From an uncultured bacterium (GTDB taxonomy: Bacteria; Bdellovibrionota_C; UBA2361; CALJRW01): 64,000 nucleotides of DNA. The stretch's first letter is position 1. Each line of letters starts with the position of its first letter. The notes beneath the pieces were generated by a model, which did not search any database, had not been told where the DNA came from, and saw only the letters and a program-made list of their open reading frames with translations. The stretch covers positions 7,103 to 71,102 of the forward strand of contig CALJRW010000025.1 of the NCBI GenBank assembly GCA_937976335.1, read 5' to 3'. A program made the position numbers and the translations under genes. Below, piece by piece: positions 20,202 through 28,922 of this stretch.

Positions 20202-20609
20202 ATGAAAAGAATAAATTCTGAATCAGGACTGACTTTAATTGAAATTATGGTTGTACTTATAATCATAGGGGTTATGGTTTCAACTTTTGGGAAAAAGTTG
20301 TTCGGTGCTGGTGATAAAATGAAAGCACAACTTGCGCAAACACAACTTCAAACATTAAAAAGCTATATTGAGCAATATAATCTGCGATACAACAATATTC
20401 CTAACACAATTCGAGATCTTTCTTCATGCACAGAAGCGACGGGACAAGGTTGCATTCCTATTGCTAATGAAGAAGAACTATTAGATCCGTGGGGAGTTGA
20501 ATTTCAATATTCTCGAAATGGTAATAGATATCAAATTAAAACTATGGGAGCAGATTCAACTGCTGGCGGCGATGGAGTTAATTTTGATACCTTTATTGAA
20601 GGGCCATAA
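20202..20609 (+). CDS. gspG: Major pseudopilin GspG
   Basis: Prepilin leader plus GLTLIEIMVVLIIIG (G-F/L cleavage site with E at +5). 135 aa. Confidence 0.88.
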   Translation: MKRINSESGLTLIEIMVVLIIIGVMVSTFGKKLFGAGDKMKAQLAQTQLQTLKSYIEQYNLRYNNIPNTIRDLSSCTEATGQGCIPIANEEELLDPWGVEFQYSRNGNRYQIKTMGADSTAGGDGVNFDTFIEGP

Positions 20610-20634
20610 AATTTTTTTTTAATGGTATTTTCTA

Positions 20635-21216
20635 TTGCGGAAACTAAGCATCAAGAGAGCTAAAGCAGGCTTTACTCTAATTGAACTAGTAGTAGTTCTC
20701 GTAATTATTGGTGCAGTATTTGGCATAATTAATTTAAGTTCTGGTACTATTGAATACTGGCAAAAAGAATCTTTTGTTAGAAAACTATCTGAAATACTAG
20801 AATTCCTTCACCACAACGCAATTGCAGATCAAAAAAACTATCGCATTGAATTCTATATGGGAGATGATAAGCACTATTATAAAATCGGCTTACCCTCAAG
20901 CGAAGGAACAGGCACTTCAGGAATGCCTAACTACCCTTCACTATCTAATGAAGAATATTTACCTAAAGATACTTATATAGTAGATATAAAAACTGCTCGC
21001 GGCATTGAGGAAACTTCAACTAACGATAAAAATCCCTATCTTAACTTTCACAAAAGAGGTTTCTCAGACTTTGGTGTAATTCATCTCGGAATGTATAATA
21101 GACAAGACGAGATTGCCTACGTTACTATCTTAGTAAACCCCTTTACTGGCCTTACTAAAATATATCGAGAATATAGAGATTTTGAATATACATACAAAAA
21201 AAATGAAGAATCCTAG
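20635..21216 (+). CDS. gspH: Minor pseudopilin (GspH-like)
   Basis: KAGFTLIELVVVLVIIG prepilin N-terminus. TTG start. 193 aa. Confidence 0.7.
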   Translation: MRKLSIKRAKAGFTLIELVVVLVIIGAVFGIINLSSGTIEYWQKESFVRKLSEILEFLHHNAIADQKNYRIEFYMGDDKHYYKIGLPSSEGTGTSGMPNYPSLSNEEYLPKDTYIVDIKTARGIEETSTNDKNPYLNFHKRGFSDFGVIHLGMYNRQDEIAYVTILVNPFTGLTKIYREYRDFEYTYKKNEES

Positions 21217-21661
21217 CAAAGCAAATGAATTAGGCTTTACTCTAATTGAAATCACTCTTGCAATTTTAATGCTTGGTGGAGCTTTAACTGTATTTCTTGG
21301 CCTTCAAACGGCAGCTGTTCAAAAAGCTCTTAGAGATAAACAGCAATTTAAAGCCATGCTCCTCGCAAGATCTCTTATGTCAGGTATAGAGCTAAACAAT
21401 AATAATATTGACGAGCAAGAAACTATTAAAAGTGCATATGACAGGCTTGAAGAGTTGAATATACCTGTAGACGAAAAAGAGGAGAATCAATACGATCGAT
21501 TTGAAACGATCCTCAAGGTTGAAAAAATCCTAATACCTCTTCCAATTCCTGATCCTTCAGGACTTCCTCAAGATATCGAAATGAAAAAATTTGTGTTAAC
21601 TCTAACATGGGGAGACAACCCCGAAGATACCTTTGATATAACTTATTTTTCTCCGTTATGA
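21182..21661 (+). CDS. gspI: Minor pseudopilin (GspI-like)
   Basis: ELGFTLIEITLAILMLGG prepilin N-terminus. The true start is probably the ATG at ~21203. Overlaps the previous gene. Confidence 0.7.
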   Translation: MNIHTKKMKNPSKANELGFTLIEITLAILMLGGALTVFLGLQTAAVQKALRDKQQFKAMLLARSLMSGIELNNNNIDEQETIKSAYDRLEELNIPVDEKEENQYDRFETILKVEKILIPLPIPDPSGLPQDIEMKKFVLTLTWGDNPEDTFDITYFSPL

Positions 21662-22350
21662 TGATTAAATTAAAAAAACATATAGAAGATGGAATGACCT
21701 TAATGGAGGTTGTATTAGCAGTAACTATTCTTACATTTATTATTTCCATTGCTTACAGATCTATTGCTAAAATAACGGAATCTAAAACTTTATTAGATGA
21801 AGAGAGAGAACTCTTTGCAGTAGGAAATGCATTATATAATAGATTAAGTAGCGAGTTATCTCAGGTCGGCACCACAGCAAATTTACTTCCTTTTGATGGC
21901 ACAACGGCCTACCCAAGTAACTTTCATCTTCTTGGAAAAAGCAGAAATATTGGAGGTGAACGTGGAGATGTTATTTCATTTATTGCTGACAATGCTGGTC
22001 AATTTATTCCAGATGGAGGAAGCAATGCTGGATTAGTTGTTATAAGATACAGGATGGAAAAAAATCCAGAACAAGAAAATGGTAATGAAAAAACTTTTCT
22101 CTTAATAAGAGATGAAATGCCTCATAATGATAATGTAAAATTAGCTCAACAAAGAATTATGACCTTTCCTATCAGTGACAGAGTAACAACTTTAAAATTT
22201 CAATACTTTGACAATGCCTCTAAAGACTGGCAAGAAGAATGGTCAGAGACGCAGAATTACATCCCAGCACTTGTTAAATTTACAATTGGATTAAGTTCGG
22301 AAAAAGGGAGAGAAGTTCTGTTTTCTACTGTTATTTTTATTGGGACTTGA
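21658..22350 (+). CDS. gspJ: Minor pseudopilin (GspJ-like)
   Basis: GMTLMEVVLAVTILTFI prepilin-like N-terminus. 230 aa. 4-nt overlap with the upstream gene. Confidence 0.65.
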   Translation: MMIKLKKHIEDGMTLMEVVLAVTILTFIISIAYRSIAKITESKTLLDEERELFAVGNALYNRLSSELSQVGTTANLLPFDGTTAYPSNFHLLGKSRNIGGERGDVISFIADNAGQFIPDGGSNAGLVVIRYRMEKNPEQENGNEKTFLLIRDEMPHNDNVKLAQQRIMTFPISDRVTTLKFQYFDNASKDWQEEWSETQNYIPALVKFTIGLSSEKGREVLFSTVIFIGT

Positions 22351-22522
22351 ACTACGCTTTTTAAGCTAACTTAAATTTAAGATAGGCATAGAAGACTAAG
22401 CTAATACTACACGATGAGTATTTTCAAATACTTAAAAACAACAATATTAGTTAACGTAAATACTCAGCAAAACACTCTAATACCTTGCTATCACTCTATT
22501 TTCAGGTTAGATTTTACAATAC

Positions 22523-24079
22523 ATGCAAAAAATTCTTTGTTTAGACATATCTCAAGAACCAGCTCAATTAAATCTAGTTGAAGTTAAAGAGAACTCAATA
22601 AAGGTTATAGAAAAAAAGACTTTTGAATTAGATAAAGAATTCTATTTTGATGCTTACTTAACAAATAATAGAGGATCTGGAGTATTTGATTCTGGAGCTA
22701 TTGACTCTCGAACTATTGACTCTGAAGCTATTGACTCTGGAACTGAGACTAACTCTTCAGAAGAGGCGACTAACAACATTGGAAATGACATAAAGCAAGG
22801 CTCTGTAAAAATAGATCTAAAACTATCTCAACTTGCGGAAGCTTTGAATTCATTTGAAAATTCGTGGAGCAATAGTGTAGTTGTTGTACCCCCTAATGAA
22901 CATATTTCTCTTTCTGTTGAACTTCCCTTTAGTGACGACAAAAGCATTGAAAAAGTAATTAACTTAGAAGTACAGGACTTAGTTCCTTTTAACTTAGATG
23001 ATTTTTTAGTTCAATATTCTAAAATTGAAGAAGATAGTAATAAATTATATGTAAACCTCGTTCCTAAACTTGCAGTAAAATATCTTCTAAAAAAACTTAA
23101 AGTCTTAACACTAGAGCCTGAAGTAGTTACGACACCAAGCGGTTCACTTGGTGCGGCTTTACACCTTGCTCCTAAATATTTTTCTAACAACAGTGCTATT
23201 CTTTACTCAAGTAAGTTATATAATCATCTTGCTATCGTAATTAATGGAAAAATCGTTGGAGAAAAATCACTTACGCTTGTGGATGATAATGAAGTCAACC
23301 TAAAAAATCTCAAAATTTGCCTAACTAGTTTTGAAAAAAAATTTGATACCAGACTTGAAAAAATTTATATTTTAGGCGCTGAAATTCTCGCTTCTGAACT
23401 GCAAGCTAAAATTGGTAGGCCTTGCGCTAACTTTACTACGTCCGAACTCATTAAAGAATCAACAGATGGCGTGACAAGCCTTGCCTCAGTTTTTGCAAAA
23501 GATATAGATCCTCCAAAACTAATCACAAATTTTAGAGCTAGAGAATTCTCGTATAGTCCTTATCTTAAAAATATAATTAAAGGCTTGTTAAAAATACGTT
23601 GGGAAGCTCTGGCTGCATTATTTTTGTTACTTTTGCTACCTTTAATAAACTACTTTTTTACTAGTCTTAATATCTCAAAAATTAATTCCTCAATCAGTAA
23701 AAATGTCAAACAATATGCTGAAATTACTGGTAAGAAACCGCTTAGTTTAGTTGCCGATGAAAATGCTCAATTAAGTCGAGAACTCTCTGCTCTTGGAGCG
23801 CCAACTAGTTCGTCTATTCTTAATTCTTTTATAACAGTAGCTAAAGACATTAAAAAAGCAAAAGAAACTTCTCAGATAAATATTACTAATCTTAGATTTA
23901 AAGGTGACAGAATAAGCGTAGAGGGCACTGCACCTAACTATTCTGATGTTAGTAATTTTGAATCTGTATTAAATCAAGAAAAAAAAGATAAATTATATTG
24001 CAAGGTAAGTCATGATTCTAAATCAGGATCTAAAGGAGCCCAAAGAGGGTTTAAATTTACAATAAAACTGTGTGATTAA
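22523..24079 (+). CDS. gspL: Type II secretion protein GspL-like (cytoplasmic actin-like domain, single TM, periplasmic domain), containing a coding 15-bp tandem repeat
   Basis: N-terminal ILCLDIS... domain ~340 aa. TM WEALAALFLLLLLPLINYFF. Periplasmic C-terminus. The repeat VFDSG/AIDSR/TIDSE/AIDSG is encoded by 15-nt units at 22682-22741. Confidence 0.6.
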   Translation: MQKILCLDISQEPAQLNLVEVKENSIKVIEKKTFELDKEFYFDAYLTNNRGSGVFDSGAIDSRTIDSEAIDSGTETNSSEEATNNIGNDIKQGSVKIDLKLSQLAEALNSFENSWSNSVVVVPPNEHISLSVELPFSDDKSIEKVINLEVQDLVPFNLDDFLVQYSKIEEDSNKLYVNLVPKLAVKYLLKKLKVLTLEPEVVTTPSGSLGAALHLAPKYFSNNSAILYSSKLYNHLAIVINGKIVGEKSLTLVDDNEVNLKNLKICLTSFEKKFDTRLEKIYILGAEILASELQAKIGRPCANFTTSELIKESTDGVTSLASVFAKDIDPPKLITNFRAREFSYSPYLKNIIKGLLKIRWEALAALFLLLLLPLINYFFTSLNISKINSSISKNVKQYAEITGKKPLSLVADENAQLSRELSALGAPTSSSILNSFITVAKDIKKAKETSQINITNLRFKGDRISVEGTAPNYSDVSNFESVLNQEKKDKLYCKVSHDSKSGSKGAQRGFKFTIKLCD

Positions 24080-24091
24080 AGCGTACTTAAT

Positions 24092-24664
24092 ATGAAACAA
24101 GTAAAAGAATTACAAGCAAAATTTGTGAAATGGATGAAATCCTTAACTCAAAAAGAGCATATTTTGTTAGCTGTAGCCTGTGTCTTTGTATTATTTTGGT
24201 TAAGCGGAATTGTATATGAATCAGTAACAGGAAAGTTAGATAAGCACGAAAAAACCTTAAAAACTGAACTGACTAAATTAAAAAGCGTGCCAGAGGTTAT
24301 AGAAACAAATATTAAGCTAAGAAAAAGAAAAGCTGAAGTTGAAGAAAAGTTAAAAGGCGTTGAACTATCTCAAGGAGGCCTGGCGCATTTAGAACAATTG
24401 ATTAAAACAAAAGCCAAAATTAGTGAAAAAGATTTTAGCATTAAACCTAAATCAACAAGAAAAATTAGCGAACGCTTTGAGCAAACCCCCTATTCTGTAA
24501 AGATGGAAGTAACAGAATATAAAAACTTACTGAGCTTTTTAAGAGAATTAGTCAACGGACCTAAGAGAATGGTCTTAAATACACTCAACCTTACAAAATC
24601 AAGAAATGGTCAAAAACTAGCAGTTGATTTGGAAGTTAGCTCACTTAAAAGAATCGGATCCTAA
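24092..24664 (+). CDS. gspM: Type II secretion protein GspM-like
   Basis: 190 aa. N-terminal TM ILLAVACVFVLFWLSGIVY followed by a periplasmic domain. Position directly after gspL. Confidence 0.6.
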   Translation: MKQVKELQAKFVKWMKSLTQKEHILLAVACVFVLFWLSGIVYESVTGKLDKHEKTLKTELTKLKSVPEVIETNIKLRKRKAEVEEKLKGVELSQGGLAHLEQLIKTKAKISEKDFSIKPKSTRKISERFEQTPYSVKMEVTEYKNLLSFLRELVNGPKRMVLNTLNLTKSRNGQKLAVDLEVSSLKRIGS

Positions 24665-24678
24665 TTTTTTAAGTACTT

Positions 24679-25605
24679 ATGATTAAAAAAATATTCTTAA
24701 CATTTTTTATAGTAGGAATAATTGCATTACTCGCATTTGGAAATGTTAAAATCAAAACAATGGGAAAAGATTTAGAAATCCTAGCAGCTAATTATGCTAA
24801 AAAAAATGGATTTCTACTAAGTATCTCAGATTTAGAACCTAAAATCTTAGGTGGTAAATCTAAAAAAGCCACTGTAACTGTTCCTATGAAAGCAGGCTTT
24901 TTTAATCTTGACTTAGATAACCTTGACTTAAATCTTTCTTTATTGAAAATATTTTTTAAAACTCTCAAAGGAGAAATTCACGCTAACTCTTATGAAGGTA
25001 ATTTTTCTTCTAAATTTAATATCTCACCTAAGAAAGTTATTAATATTCAAAAAATAGTACTCAGAGATCTTAAACTTGGAAATCATCCTCAACTTGGAGC
25101 TCTGGGAATAAGAAGAGGGAAATTGAGCCTTTTAGGTGATAAATTGAATTTAAACTTAGATAGAAAATCTGTTAATATCAAAAAATTAAATCTTAATATT
25201 TCAGAGTTTTTTTTAAAAAAAGATCTACAACTTAAACCCCCTCTAATCATGTATCCGATCACTCTACCTAATATTGAAAAATTAAATATTTCTCTCAAAG
25301 GAAATTGCGAGCATAGTTTTTGTAAAGGAGAGTTAAATTCAAATTTAAACTTAGGCAAGATTTACGGAGATCTTAGTTTTGTCTTAGATAAAAATTTAAA
25401 CTTTGATTTAAAAAAACTTGTTTTGAATATAACAGTCAGCTTGACTGATTTAGGAGTAAAAGAGATTGGAACTTATCTTCAATTCATTAGCCCAGCAATC
25501 AACAAGAATATTAAGTTTTCTAACTTAAGCAGTAGCACTAAGAAATTTCGAATTATTAAAGATAATTTAGGTTTTAAATTTCGTGAGATTAAAGGCGAAG
25601 CTTAG
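24679..25605 (+). CDS. Type II secretion protein GspN-like (alternatively a divergent GspK)
   Basis: 308 aa. N-terminal TM FLTFFIVGIIALLAF, remainder periplasmic. It is the last gene of the gsp cluster. Assignment is by position and topology only. Confidence 0.45.
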   Translation: MIKKIFLTFFIVGIIALLAFGNVKIKTMGKDLEILAANYAKKNGFLLSISDLEPKILGGKSKKATVTVPMKAGFFNLDLDNLDLNLSLLKIFFKTLKGEIHANSYEGNFSSKFNISPKKVINIQKIVLRDLKLGNHPQLGALGIRRGKLSLLGDKLNLNLDRKSVNIKKLNLNISEFFLKKDLQLKPPLIMYPITLPNIEKLNISLKGNCEHSFCKGELNSNLNLGKIYGDLSFVLDKNLNFDLKKLVLNITVSLTDLGVKEIGTYLQFISPAINKNIKFSNLSSSTKKFRIIKDNLGFKFREIKGEA

Positions 25606-25757
25606 TTGCAATCCCTTCACCTGTTCTGGCTGCGGCGTTAGCAGTTGCTTTGGGATATTTAAGTATTACAAGGCCCTCTTCCCTAGCAAATAAATGAGCT
25701 TGCAAAGTTCTAAACTAACTAATTTATAAAAAATTCAATAAGTTAAGGTTTGCCTTA

Positions 25758-25808
25758 CGGAAATATACGAAATAACTTGATTTATATTCGTATACTTCCG
25801 TATAGTAT
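25758..25808 (+). promoter_or_regulatory. Imperfect ~20-bp-arm palindrome overlapping the likely -10 region upstream of the fic gene (candidate autoregulatory operator)
   Basis: CGGAAATATACGAAATA ... TATTCGTATACTTCCG followed by TATAGTAT, 16 nt before the ATG at 25824. Confidence 0.45.
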
Positions 25809-25823
25809 GAATAAGAAAAGAAT

Positions 25824-26960
25824 ATGCTCTCATTTAAGATTAAACCAAAAACTATACTACTTCTTCGAGAACTAACAAAAAGACTTACAAAAACTCAAAT
25901 TTTAATTGAATCACTGGAAGCTCAAGAGTTGGAATTCATTAAGCGTAATGCCCTTATTAGTAATATTGGAGCATCTACTAGGATTGAAAATGCAGTGCTC
26001 ACTAACTCTGAAATTGATTGGGTAGATACTGCCTTAACAAGTGACGGAAAAACAACATCTTTTGAAAATCAAAGAGAGGCAATTCAAGACAAGTTATCAA
26101 AAGACAAAGAGCGAAGTATTGATGAAGTTGTAGGTTGTAGAGCAATGCTACAATTAATTAACCAGCAAGCAAACAACCTTTTTCCACTTACAGAGGTGAC
26201 CTTGCGTGGGCTTCACAAGGAGTTACTTAAGTATCACGCCCCTGACAACTACCATAGTGGCGGTTACAAGCAAGTTCCTAATAGTGTTGTTCGCAAGGTG
26301 AAAATGTCAGGTTGTCCTGTAAAAGAATATCCTGTTCTTACAACTTCCCAACCAGGACTCGAAACTGAAGAAGCTATGACAGCTTTAGTTGGCTGGTATA
26401 ATAATACCCTTAAAGTTCATCCTTGGACTATTGCTGTAGCGGTAGAGTTTGTATTTAGGTTCTTAGCTATTCATCCATTTCAGGATGGTAATGGTAGGGT
26501 GGGACGTGGCTTATTTTATTTAACACTATTGCAAAGCCCTGATGATAGCATTTCTAGTACGATTTCTTACTTAGCTATTGATAGATATGTAGAAGTAGAA
26601 AGAGAGGAATATTATGCCGTTCTTAGTAGGTGCTCAGATGGTAAATTTATAGCTGACCCTACTAAGTATGCTTATGAGCATTTTTTAAATTTTATGCTTA
26701 AGGTGATCGATTGCTCGATTGACGATGTTGAGCTTTATAGGGATAAATTTAAGCGTTTAAATAGTCTTACTACCTCACAACGAGTTGTCCTAACTTGTTT
26801 TAAAGAGCAACCTGAGCTTAGATTACAAGCTAAAAATATCGTTGAGTATACCAATCTACCTCGAACAACTATCAACGATGCATTAAAAGCTTTGATAAAA
26901 AATAAATTTATTCAAAAGTATGGGCGAGGTGCTGACGTTAAGTATCAGCTGCTTTTTTGA
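25824..26960 (+). CDS. fic: Fic family protein (AMPylase/Fido domain) with C-terminal winged-helix domain
   Basis: Canonical Fic motif HPFQDGNGRVGR (HPFx[D/E]GNGR). ~200-aa N-terminal region. C-terminal HTH-like LPRTTINDALKALIKNKFI. Confidence 0.88.
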   Translation: MLSFKIKPKTILLLRELTKRLTKTQILIESLEAQELEFIKRNALISNIGASTRIENAVLTNSEIDWVDTALTSDGKTTSFENQREAIQDKLSKDKERSIDEVVGCRAMLQLINQQANNLFPLTEVTLRGLHKELLKYHAPDNYHSGGYKQVPNSVVRKVKMSGCPVKEYPVLTTSQPGLETEEAMTALVGWYNNTLKVHPWTIAVAVEFVFRFLAIHPFQDGNGRVGRGLFYLTLLQSPDDSISSTISYLAIDRYVEVEREEYYAVLSRCSDGKFIADPTKYAYEHFLNFMLKVIDCSIDDVELYRDKFKRLNSLTTSQRVVLTCFKEQPELRLQAKNIVEYTNLPRTTINDALKALIKNKFIQKYGRGADVKYQLLF

Positions 26961-27260
26961 ACTACTCTAGGAAATAAGTTTAGTTAGGAATTATGCCTAG
27001 CAATATATTTCCTGAATCCTGGTCAAGTCTTGGTAAATCCTAGTGCCAGTAACATAATAAGTCTAAATTTTCACAAATTCTACTCACTTTAGCCGAAGTT
27101 TGCTTGAAAAACGAAAAGCTGCTACTTGCTACCCTTCTCAATATGAATGTTTGCAAAATTTTCTACAAAATTACCTTGAGTTCCCCACTTACTTCACAGC
27201 ACTTATTCTCGAAAATGCTAAATAACTAGCCTCTCTGCTTTTATAAGATTTACTACTTGA

Positions 27261-27367
27261 ATATGTGCTTATTACGGCAAAAAATGGCTTTGCCATTATT
27301 TTCTCGCCCAACAAATCATTTAGTTTTCCCGCTTAAAAGCGGAAAAACCAAATGTCGTTGGGTATAT
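27261..27367 (+). repeat. MITE-A, 3'-half copy (truncated)
   Basis: TATGTGCTTATTACGGCAAAAAATGGCTTTGCCATTATTTTCTCGCCCAACAAATCATTTAGTTTTCCCGCTTAAAAGCGGAAAAACCAAATGTCGTTGGGTATA matches the 3' halves of the copies at 38.1, 45.4, 55.1(rc) and 63.8 kb. Confidence 0.8.
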
Positions 27368-27895
27368 CTAGGAGGAAAGCAAAAAAGATTCAATAATAGC
27401 ACTATTCGTAATCCCACGATTCACGGCCATTTTATTTAATTTACTGATAGCCTCAAGACTAAGGGTAAATGATTTAACTTTTTTGTGTTTATTGATGGGT
27501 TTTACTCTTTTGTCAGGAATTTCGAAATTAGCCCAATACTTCATTTTTGAGCATTCAATGCCCTTATATTTAAGTGGTAATTCGCTGCCATTTTTAATCT
27601 TTTCAATAATAGTTTGCAGTTCTTTTGGCATCTCTTCAATTCCAATAAAGTTGTTTTGAAAGTGAAGCAAGGCAGCTGGGAAAACTTCCAAAACTCTAGG
27701 CTCTACATTGCGGGCTACCCATAGAACATCTTTGATTCTTAAAATAACCTTATGTTTTGATTTTATTTTAGGATATTTTAAATAACCCTTTGCTATCAAG
27801 AATCCTAGAGTATTTTCTGCTCGTTCAGAGTTGAGATTTTTTAAGAATAGCTTTTGTAGTTCTTTGGTTTTTTTTATTATTTTATTGTTAGTCAT
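27368..27895 (-). CDS. Hypothetical protein with C-terminal ribbon-helix-helix (CopG/MetJ-like) DNA-binding domain; downstream gene of a two-gene module
   Basis: C-terminal KSFTLSLEAISKLNKMAVNRGITNSAIIESFL has the beta-strand/helix/helix RHH pattern. It starts at the nucleotide immediately after the stop of the upstream 163-aa gene. Confidence 0.55.
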   Translation of the reverse strand: MTNNKIIKKTKELQKLFLKNLNSERAENTLGFLIAKGYLKYPKIKSKHKVILRIKDVLWVARNVEPRVLEVFPAALLHFQNNFIGIEEMPKELQTIIEKIKNGSELPLKYKGIECSKMKYWANFEIPDKRVKPINKHKKVKSFTLSLEAISKLNKMAVNRGITNSAIIESFLLSS

Positions 27896-28387
27896 TTATA
27901 TTATCTCTTCTAATGAAATTTTATACTTTAAAAAGAGCTTTTCAAGCTCTACAGAGAATTCAGCTATAGCCTGTATAAGTAATTGTTTATTTTTTTCAGG
28001 TGCAAATTTAGCTTTTGAAACTAAAGTTGAAAATGAATCAATGACATGTACTGTAATCTTCTTAGAAGAATAATATTTCCAAAACTTAGCTTCTGTTGGA
28101 ATCCATATTTCTTTACTTAGTTCGTCATAGTCGTAGCCATGTGATCTTAGGATTTCTTTGAAATGAAATTTAATTGTAGAATCACCTTCAAGGAGCGCAT
28201 CTAAATCGTTAGTAGCAATTATATTTAACTTTTTATTTATGCTTTCATCTAATAATAGACTTGCTTGGCCGAGAACTTTGATTTGAATTTTCCCAGTTTT
28301 AGGTAGGCCATCTTGACAAAGTTGTTGATCGAGTTTGTTTACTATGCTTTCAAGCTCTTTTAGTATTTTATCTAAATCTTCTTTCAT
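27896..28387 (-). CDS. Hypothetical protein with possible minimal nucleotidyltransferase-like motif; upstream gene of a two-gene module (candidate toxin/abortive-infection component)
   Basis: VLGQASLLLDESINKKLNIIATNDLDALLEG resembles the G[GS]x(n)...DxD core of MNT/AbiEii-type NTases (weak, by eye). It is translationally abutted to the RHH gene. An AT-rich palindrome lies just upstream. Confidence 0.45.
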   Translation of the reverse strand: MKEDLDKILKELESIVNKLDQQLCQDGLPKTGKIQIKVLGQASLLLDESINKKLNIIATNDLDALLEGDSTIKFHFKEILRSHGYDYDELSKEIWIPTEAKFWKYYSSKKITVHVIDSFSTLVSKAKFAPEKNKQLLIQAIAEFSVELEKLFLKYKISLEEII

Positions 28388-28391
28388 AATA

Positions 28392-28432
28392 CTATATTAT
28401 AGTATTATATATTAATATAATATACTAATAAA
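28392..28432 (-). promoter_or_regulatory. AT-rich near-perfect palindrome immediately upstream of the 163-aa gene (candidate operator/promoter)
   Basis: TAGTATTATATATTAATATAATATACTA reads nearly the same on both strands. It lies 5-45 nt upstream of the start codon at 28387 (minus strand). Confidence 0.4.
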
Positions 28433-28562
28433 CTATTCTTTATTAACTTTCTGAAAATATTGAAGAAAAACCTATAAATTCGCAATCTTTGCTGCTTACT
28501 AGGTTCATTATTCTTATTTAGCTAACTGGATTAGCTCTTCTTGCTTATGGATTGTAAATTGG

Positions 28563-28748
28563 TAGCTAACTGCTACCAGCAACATTTTTATTTATTTTAC
28601 TCTACTGCTTTGCGTGAGTAACATTCTTCCGTTGTTCTTAGTTTTAAATTAAGAATTTGTTTATATCGACAAAAATTTTGAAAAGTTTCTTAATTTTTGA
28701 TTTTTTTTAGATTATTTCTGAAATAAATGTTGCTGGCACCAGTTAGTC
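28563..28748 (+). repeat. MITE-C copy 1 (~186 bp, with ~25-bp terminal inverted repeats)
   Basis: Starts TAGCTAACTGCTACCAGCAACATTT and ends AAATGTTGCTGGCACCAGTTAGTC, which are reverse complements. It is >90% identical to 30319-30507. Confidence 0.85.
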
Positions 28749-28922
28749 CACTCCTTTTCGGTGTCAAGAATTGTGACGCAACGTATATTAATTAGGTGCT
28801 AAGATACCTTTTCGGTGTCTTTTTTTATGACGCATATCGTCTCTAATTTTTTTTTGATTAAAAATACATATTTGTTAAAATAATATAAGTTAAAATTTTT
28901 CAAAATTATCTAGATATATCTT

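Noticed and set aside
22682-22741. Considered whether the 15-bp tandem units are a CRISPR-like array or non-coding minisatellite
   Set aside because: The units are contiguous with no spacers and in-frame within the GspL-like ORF. No CRISPR array (regular repeat-spacer periodicity) exists anywhere in the window.
26961-27260. 300-bp non-coding stretch after fic, inspected for tRNA/tmRNA as a possible integration site
   Set aside because: No T-arm GGTTCGAATCC-like motif or cloverleaf-compatible pairing was seen. It is treated as a spacer or degraded remnant.
27257-27439. 60-aa + strand ORF containing ...SGKTKCRWVYLGG..., and a similar 71-aa ORF at 55078-55293 containing ...NGKTKCRAVY...
   Set aside because: Both lie entirely inside MITE-A copies. 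The shared peptide arises from the terminal inverted repeat, which reads the same on both strands. The two ORFs are on opposite strands of the element, so the apparent conservation is a DNA-level artefact, not coding.
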